From the IMG/VR virus record IMGVR_UViG_3300017707_001389, positions 1-40,010 of that record: DNA of 40,010 nucleotides; one strand, 5' to 3'. Positions 34,351 through 40,010 of the stretch are shown piece after piece. The notes beneath the pieces were generated by a model, which worked only from the letters and a program-made list of their open reading frames with translations, made no database searches and was not told where the DNA came from. Origin of the DNA: a virus (taxonomy: Duplodnaviria > Caudoviricetes). The position numbers and the translations under genes were made by a program. How positions within the stretch are numbered: position 1 is the stretch's first letter; each line of letters opens with the position of its first letter.

Positions 34351-34652
34351 AAAAACACAAACCCTACAACGGCGACCGCTACCGCGAACAACGCGAGCAC
34401 GCCGTGCGTGAATGCGACGGCGTGCCGCAGATCAGCAAGGCGCTGGCGGATAAAGCCAAGGCCGGCATCCCCGAGACGCTGGCGAAAGAGTTGGAAATCG
34501 ACAAGCTGATTATCGACGCGACGAACATTTTGCGAGAGAAGCATCGAGCCCATCCCCGCAGCCACTCAACAACGATTGCGGAGAGCCTGGTGAGAGAGCC
34601 GAGGCATCGTTTCAGTACGAGCGTGCGAAGGAACGGAATCACGATTGAGTAA
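34347..34652 (+). CDS. Hypothetical protein
   Basis: ATGA coupling. Confidence 0.5.
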   Translation: MKKHKPYNGDRYREQREHAVRECDGVPQISKALADKAKAGIPETLAKELEIDKLIIDATNILREKHRAHPRSHSTTIAESLVREPRHRFSTSVRRNGITIE

Positions 34653-34706
34653 CCAACCGCCATCGGCACCGTGTTCACGATCCACGGGTTGAAGGAGCGA
34701 CAGCCG

Positions 34707-35072
34707 ATGGCGGCTTTATTACTACTGCTGATTATCGGACTGGGGCCGGAAAGCCATGCAATTCACGATCACCGTACAGTCGTGGAAATCAACGTCGTCT
34801 ATGACGGCGATGGCAACGAGACGTTTCGGCAGTATTTGTTTTGGAGTTGGAACGGTGGCGAATGTCGGCACTATATTGACGCCTGGCACATCATCAAGAG
34901 CGAGCCCGTGTTCAACAACGACTGCCTCTTGTTTTGGGAAGGTAACCGATTGCGGCGAGTCCGCGCGGACGAAGTGCGGGAGCGTCACTTGCAGTACGAC
35001 ATTGAGATTGAAGAGCGGCAGAAGTTAGAGGCTTGTTTCAGGCGGGGATTAACACCGCACAAAGGGAGATAA
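34707..35072 (+). CDS. Secreted hypothetical protein
   Basis: Signal-peptide-like MAALLLLLIIG; 'VEINVVYDGDG...FRQYLFWSW...IDAW'; SD AAGGAG. Confidence 0.6.
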   Translation: MAALLLLLIIGLGPESHAIHDHRTVVEINVVYDGDGNETFRQYLFWSWNGGECRHYIDAWHIIKSEPVFNNDCLLFWEGNRLRRVRADEVRERHLQYDIEIEERQKLEACFRRGLTPHKGR

Positions 35073-35074
35073 CG

Positions 35075-35470
35075 ATGGCGTGGACCGCGAAGTTAATTAA
35101 CAAGTCAAAAGACGCTGCCAACCCGCAGAATATCCGCGTCGTCGTCGAATTCACCGATGGCGTGGAGACGTTCCAGCAAACGACGCACGGCGTGACGATC
35201 ACCGCCGACTACCTGCGATCCTTCGTCCGCGAGCGCATCGCACTATTAACGGAACGCGACACCGCCATCGCCACTCTGCCAGATGCGAACACCGCGATTG
35301 CGCCAGATGCTGCGCCCGACAACTCGGCGGCGCTGCTGTTTCAAAAGCGGCTGCGAAAGCTGCTTACGTTGATCTCGATTCAGACGAGCGACGCGACGCT
35401 AGTAGCTGCCATCGCAACACTCAAAGGACAGGTGGAGACGTACATCAAAAACAACCCGGATGCGATTTAA
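35075..35470 (+). CDS. Hypothetical protein (possible fibre chaperone/virion protein)
   Basis: SD GGGAG; first gene of second structural cluster. Confidence 0.55.
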   Translation: MAWTAKLINKSKDAANPQNIRVVVEFTDGVETFQQTTHGVTITADYLRSFVRERIALLTERDTAIATLPDANTAIAPDAAPDNSAALLFQKRLRKLLTLISIQTSDATLVAAIATLKGQVETYIKNNPDAI

Positions 35471-36193
35471 GTGGCGATCACTCTACTATCGAGCGTTCTA
35501 ACCGGCGATGCCGCTGGCGACCACAAAGCGGTCACCAGCGCGAACATCGACACGTCCGGCGCTGACCTGCTCGTGGTGGTAGTGACGGGCTACGACGCCA
35601 CAAATACGCCTGTAGTCACTGACTCGAAAAACAATCACACAACACCCGGCTGGACGGCGAGAACAAAGTACAGCAGTACGAACGGATACGTGCAGATTTT
35701 TTACTGCGTGCCCTCTAGTGTCGGAACCGGGCACAACTTTACAGTGACAACCAGCGGCGACAGTTATCCAGCCATTGCGGCGTTTGCCTTTAGCGGCGCA
35801 CACGCGACGCCTTACGACGGGGAGAACGGAGCGAACAGCAGCAGCGCGACGAGCCTCGCACCCGGCAGCGTAACGCCAGGCGAAAACGATTGCGTACTGG
35901 TGACGGGGCTGATGGCTTACACGCGAGGAGCAGCGACGGTTCCGACTGGCTATACGGGACACGTCGCAGCCTACGTGGCGAGTAACTACCTCAGCAGCGG
36001 CGCGGCGTACAAGATTCAAACGAGTGCTGGCGCAGAAAACCCGTCGTGGAGTTGGAGCGGCAGCGATCAGTGTGCGGCGAATATCGCCGTATTCAAGTCA
36101 GCAGCAGGCGGCGGGGGCGGGGGAACGCTTCTGCCATTCCTAACTAACAAGCGGGCTAACCGCATGGCTCTAGTCGGCGGGAGGCAAATCTAA
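35471..36193 (+). CDS. Putative virion fibre/receptor-binding protein
   Basis: Thr/Ser/Gly-rich two-lobed beta protein; poly-Gly hinge before short C-terminal tail. Confidence 0.55.
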   Translation: MAITLLSSVLTGDAAGDHKAVTSANIDTSGADLLVVVVTGYDATNTPVVTDSKNNHTTPGWTARTKYSSTNGYVQIFYCVPSSVGTGHNFTVTTSGDSYPAIAAFAFSGAHATPYDGENGANSSSATSLAPGSVTPGENDCVLVTGLMAYTRGAATVPTGYTGHVAAYVASNYLSSGAAYKIQTSAGAENPSWSWSGSDQCAANIAVFKSAAGGGGGGTLLPFLTNKRANRMALVGGRQI

Positions 36194-36194
36194 A

Positions 36195-38495
36195 ATGCCA
36201 GTCATCAAAAAAGGATCGACCGACGTTTCCCGCTACGTGATGCTGCGCGACTCCACCGCCGGCACGCCAGAGACGGGCTACACGATCACGTCGCTCGATC
36301 TGCAATACACGCGCAACCAATCCACGCCTGCCGCAAAGGTCGATGCGACGGCGCTGGCGGCCACCAACACTGCACACACCGACAACTACGCGATCCAAGT
36401 AGACGCCACCAGCTCGCCTGGCTTGTATCGCATTGATTGGCCGGATGCAGCGTTTGCCACCGGCGCGGACAAGGTGTTGCTGGTGGTAAGCGGAACGGGG
36501 CTTGATCCAGCAGTCGAGGAAATCGAACTGGTCAACTACGACCCAGCAGACGCCGTTCGTCTTGGCCTCACCGCCCTCCCCAACGCCGCCGCCGATGCCG
36601 CAGGCGGTTTGCCGATCAGCGACGCGGGCGGGCTGGACCTGGACAACCGGATGCCATCGGCGACGAGCATCACCAATCTGAATACGGTGTTCGCGACCGA
36701 CTTCGCCACAAACTACAACACGACAAGCGACGGTTGGGTAGTCAAGCTTGGCGACTACGCGCACGGCGGAACTGCTGGTGTCCTCACGCTCTCTCGCATC
36801 ATTGCCGCATCGGCCACTACGAACGAGCCAGCGATCAAGCTCACCGGAAACGGCACCGCGGCTGGCATCCTTTCGACGGGCGGCGCATCCAGCGGCGCAG
36901 GCATGTCGCTCCAATCTGGCGGCGGCGATGGTAGCGCGCTCGTAGCAGTCGGCACCGGCCTGGGCAACGGCATTTATCTTGCTGCGGACGCGGGCGGCGT
37001 CGGACTTGGCATTGCGGCAACGTCCGGCATTTCCACGAATGGTGCGGTGTCGTTCAACAGCTTCACGCCGAATTTCGCCAACAACGTAATCACGGCGGCC
37101 AGCATCAACGCCGACGCCTTCACCGCCGCGAAGTTCGCCAGCGATGTGACGACCGAATTCCAAAGCGGCTTGGCAACGGCATCGGCACTGACGACGCTCT
37201 CGAATCGCTTGACCGGCCTCGTGCTCGCCACCGGCACGATCGGCAGCACGGGCAACGATACGACGCACCTGCACCTGGACGGACTGACCTACGGCGACGA
37301 CGAGATCAACAACTGGCTGCTTGTAATCTTCGATGTTTCCACGAGCGAATACCACTCGCGTTGGATTGAAGACTGGGTACTTAGCACCGAACTCGCTACG
37401 GTTGCCACGCTGCCCTTCACGCCACAGAACGCCACCGACACCTACTGGCTGCTTCCTGTGCGCCAGGACGTGACGGGCGGCAGCGGGCTCGATGCGGCTG
37501 GCGTGCGCGCAGCGATTGGATTGGCGAGCGCGAACCTCGATACACAGTTGACGGCGATTGATGATTACCTCGACACGGAAGTTGCTGCGCTGACAACGGA
37601 ACTCGCCAAGGTGCCGAAGTCAGACGGCACCGCAACGTGGAACGCGACCGCACTGGCGAGCATCCAGACCGAAGCTAACGATGCCCTCGTGGCAAACAAC
37701 CTCGACCACCTGCTGTTGTCCGCCGTCGATACCAACTTCGCGACCACCGTACACCTCAATAGCGTGATTGGGCACCTGGCCGACGACGGCACCACGGCGA
37801 CATTCGACCGCACGACGGATTCACTGGAAGCGTTCTACAACGCTTTCAACGCGCGGCTGACCACCGCACGCGGCGGCTATCTCGACAACCTCAACATCGG
37901 CGGCAACGTCGCATCGTCATCTGCTTTGTCATCGCTCACCGATGTGGTCAACGCGATGGGCGATAACATCACGATCATCGACAGCATCGTGGACGACATC
38001 TTGCTTGACACCGCAGAGATCGGCACCGCCGGCGCAGGGCTGACCAACATCAACCTGCCGAATCAGACAATGGATATTGTCGGCAACATCACGGGCAATC
38101 TATCGGGCAGCGTGGGGAGTGTGACGGGGAACGTCACCGGCTCGGTGGGCTCAATCAGCGGCGTCACCTTCCCCAGCAACTTCGCGGCGCTCGGCATCAA
38201 CGCCAGCGGGCACGTCTCAAGAGTGACGCTGACCGACACGCTCACGACCTACACCGGCAACACGGCACAGACCGGCGATGCCTATGGCGCTTTGACCTCC
38301 GCCGTACCTGATAGCGTGCCTGCGGATGGCTCGCGTCCGACAGTACAGCAAGCGGTGCGAATGATTCTCCAAGTGCTCACCGAAGGCGGCATCAGCGGCA
38401 CGACGTGGACCGTGAAGAAGGAAGACGGCAGCACCACGCTAATGACCGTGACCCTTGACGCAGATCCGCCCACGAGCAAGACGAGGAGCGGCTGA
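36195..38495 (+). CDS. Large fibre-like structural protein (766 aa)
   Basis: Ala/Thr/Gly-rich; repeats 'GNITGNLSGSVGSVTGNVTGSVGS'; C-terminal 'TVKKEDGSTTLMTVT'. Confidence 0.65.
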   Translation: MPVIKKGSTDVSRYVMLRDSTAGTPETGYTITSLDLQYTRNQSTPAAKVDATALAATNTAHTDNYAIQVDATSSPGLYRIDWPDAAFATGADKVLLVVSGTGLDPAVEEIELVNYDPADAVRLGLTALPNAAADAAGGLPISDAGGLDLDNRMPSATSITNLNTVFATDFATNYNTTSDGWVVKLGDYAHGGTAGVLTLSRIIAASATTNEPAIKLTGNGTAAGILSTGGASSGAGMSLQSGGGDGSALVAVGTGLGNGIYLAADAGGVGLGIAATSGISTNGAVSFNSFTPNFANNVITAASINADAFTAAKFASDVTTEFQSGLATASALTTLSNRLTGLVLATGTIGSTGNDTTHLHLDGLTYGDDEINNWLLVIFDVSTSEYHSRWIEDWVLSTELATVATLPFTPQNATDTYWLLPVRQDVTGGSGLDAAGVRAAIGLASANLDTQLTAIDDYLDTEVAALTTELAKVPKSDGTATWNATALASIQTEANDALVANNLDHLLLSAVDTNFATTVHLNSVIGHLADDGTTATFDRTTDSLEAFYNAFNARLTTARGGYLDNLNIGGNVASSSALSSLTDVVNAMGDNITIIDSIVDDILLDTAEIGTAGAGLTNINLPNQTMDIVGNITGNLSGSVGSVTGNVTGSVGSISGVTFPSNFAALGINASGHVSRVTLTDTLTTYTGNTAQTGDAYGALTSAVPDSVPADGSRPTVQQAVRMILQVLTEGGISGTTWTVKKEDGSTTLMTVTLDADPPTSKTRSG

Positions 38496-38716
38496 TGACT
38501 GGTTCACCAGAGGCAGTGCTGACGCTCGGCTTCGGCTCGTGGGGTTCCGCGGCGCTGTCGCTGACGCTGGGGTATGGCGTGGGCGAAGCTCCCGAGGCGC
38601 TGACCTCATCCTCTTTTGAAATTCGCATCTTGCACGGAACGCCAGCGTATCGAGAACTGCAAGGCACGAGCAATGTCCGCGAACTGAACGGCACAAAAGG
38701 GCAGGTGCAAGTATGA
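38495..38716 (+). CDS. Small structural-module protein
   Basis: 'VLTLGFG...LTLGYG'; coupled on both sides. Confidence 0.55.
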   Translation: MTGSPEAVLTLGFGSWGSAALSLTLGYGVGEAPEALTSSSFEIRILHGTPAYRELQGTSNVRELNGTKGQVQV

Positions 38717-39309
38717 GCGACACGATTCCCGATCCAATCGACATTCGCAAAGGCGACATCAGTGTAGGCGTCTCCGGCATCTGCTACCAAAACGGCAAGC
38801 CAGTGGACATCGCCGCGTTGACGCTGAAGTTCGGCATGGTGAACTCGTCGGGAACCGTGGTCATTGCCGAAACCGCAACCGGCGTCACGATTCACCCGAC
38901 CACGACCGTCACGCTCGACAGCGCGAACAACTGGATAACCGCCAACGGGCACACGCTGACCAATGGCACGCAGATCGTGTTTGCTACAGCAGGATCGTTG
39001 AGCGGCACAGGCTTGACCGCAGCAACACGATACTTCGTCCAGCAAGCCGAGGACAACTGCTTTCGCGTGGGACTCACCCGCAGTAGCGCGGCAATAACGA
39101 TTGCCGGAGCGGGAACCGGCGCTCACACATACTATGTCGTCGGGCAAGTCACCTACTCATGGCAGAGCACGACGCCGGTGCTCACGATAGGCGACTTCCC
39201 TTGCGAGTTTCGAGCCTTCAACGGATCGGCCTCAACAAGCTTCCCATGCAATCAGTCAATCAAAGCGCCAAGGTTTTTGGTGAGAGTACACGAGGGATTG
39301 GGTACGTAA
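38713..39309 (+). CDS. Putative baseplate/fibre-anchoring protein (BppU-like with beta insertion)
   Basis: 'IRKGD...NGKPVDI..LTLKFGM...GQVTYSW....GDFPCEF...SFP' plus insertion 'HTLTNGTQIVF...GLTAATRYFV'. Confidence 0.5.
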   Translation: MSDTIPDPIDIRKGDISVGVSGICYQNGKPVDIAALTLKFGMVNSSGTVVIAETATGVTIHPTTTVTLDSANNWITANGHTLTNGTQIVFATAGSLSGTGLTAATRYFVQQAEDNCFRVGLTRSSAAITIAGAGTGAHTYYVVGQVTYSWQSTTPVLTIGDFPCEFRAFNGSASTSFPCNQSIKAPRFLVRVHEGLGT

Positions 39310-39947
39310 TGCCAACCGCTCCCCCACGCCTATGTGAACGCTGCGGCAAGGTGCATCAAGGCGCATGCACCTACCACAAGCCGAAGCCCAAGGGTGCAAC
39401 AGAGCGAGGATACAGCAGTAAGTGGGAGCGAGCACGAGCCAACTACCTGAGAGAACACCCGCTATGTGCCGAGTGTCAGTGGTTCGGGGCAGTAGTGACC
39501 GCAGAGGTAGTCGATCACAAGCGACCCCACAAGGGCGACATGGACTGGTTCTGGCGAAGCGAATGGTGGCAGCCTCTATGTAAGAAGTGCCACGATCGCA
39601 AGAGCGGAAGGGAAAGCGTGAGCGGTAACAAGTACGTGGTATGTGGGCCACCAGGAGCAGGCAAGACAACCTGGGTACGTGCAAGGGCTAAGCCTGGTGA
39701 CCTGGTATTCGACAGCGACTACATCCTGCAGGCCATGTTCGGAGGCGAGACGCACCAGTCAGTGCAGCATGGAGCAGCCATCGTCAATCGACTAAGGGCA
39801 AGCGTGATTGACTGGCTGTTGCAATACCCGAATCGCACGGCGTACATGATCCAAGCAGATGAGGTGAAGGCACGAGAGACGGCTGAGGTACTACAAGCGA
39901 GGCTAGTGGTACTCGATGAGTCGCACCAAAGTCGTGAGGAGTTATGA
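39309..39947 (+). CDS. Packaging HNH endonuclease fused to P-loop (AAA/kinase-like) domain
   Basis: 'RGYSSKW...YLREHPLCAEC...VVDHKRPHKGD..WFW...WQPLCKKCHDRK' then 'VCGPPGAGKTTWV'. Confidence 0.9.
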   Translation: MPTAPPRLCERCGKVHQGACTYHKPKPKGATERGYSSKWERARANYLREHPLCAECQWFGAVVTAEVVDHKRPHKGDMDWFWRSEWWQPLCKKCHDRKSGRESVSGNKYVVCGPPGAGKTTWVRARAKPGDLVFDSDYILQAMFGGETHQSVQHGAAIVNRLRASVIDWLLQYPNRTAYMIQADEVKARETAEVLQARLVVLDESHQSREEL

Positions 39948-40000
39948 CGCCTAAAGTGCATGGGGGGCATGCGGATTGTAGCGTATGGCACCCTCCGGAC

Positions 40001-40010
40001 CTCTCGCGAA
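40001..40010. repeat. 10-bp repeat CTCTCGCGAA, also at 4-13 (candidate cos/terminal overlap)
   Basis: Identical 10-mer at 4-13 and 40001-40010, between HNH and terS when circularised. Confidence 0.55.

Noticed and set aside
1-40010. Gene transfer agent, or alternative genetic code
   Set aside because: Has its own replication genes and cos/HNH packaging; genes tile fully in the standard code using all three stops

Overview
The window looks like a complete or nearly complete ~40 kb HK97-type tailed phage genome. It opens just before terS and closes just after the packaging HNH gene; a 10-bp sequence near both ends is a candidate cos site. Gene order: terS, terL, portal, prohead protease, major capsid, extra head genes, neck, tail tube, frameshifted chaperone, very short tape measure, Cys-rich tail-tip genes (0.1-15.6 kb); one minus-strand membrane gene; an early/replication region with HTH, CsrA, YqaJ exonuclease plus putative annealase, tRNA-like element, SNF2 helicase, amino-methyltransferase, replication initiator, TGT/DpdA-like protein and PD-(D/E)xK nuclease (16.2-28.5 kb); a moron-like ART/RHH unit; a membrane protein/papain-like peptidase/lipoprotein cluster where lysis genes would be expected; and a second structural module before the HNH. 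I could not recognise an integrase, CI-type repressor, DNA polymerase or canonical endolysin. A Planctomycetota host is inferred, not shown. The most interesting signals are RNA-level: a CsrA homolog, a possible second divergent copy, a GGA-rich structured intergenic RNA that could be a CsrB-like sponge, a pseudoknotted intergenic RNA, a degenerate tRNA and structured leaders behind several sigma70-like promoters. All calls come from reading motifs and synteny by eye; no searches or folding programs were run.
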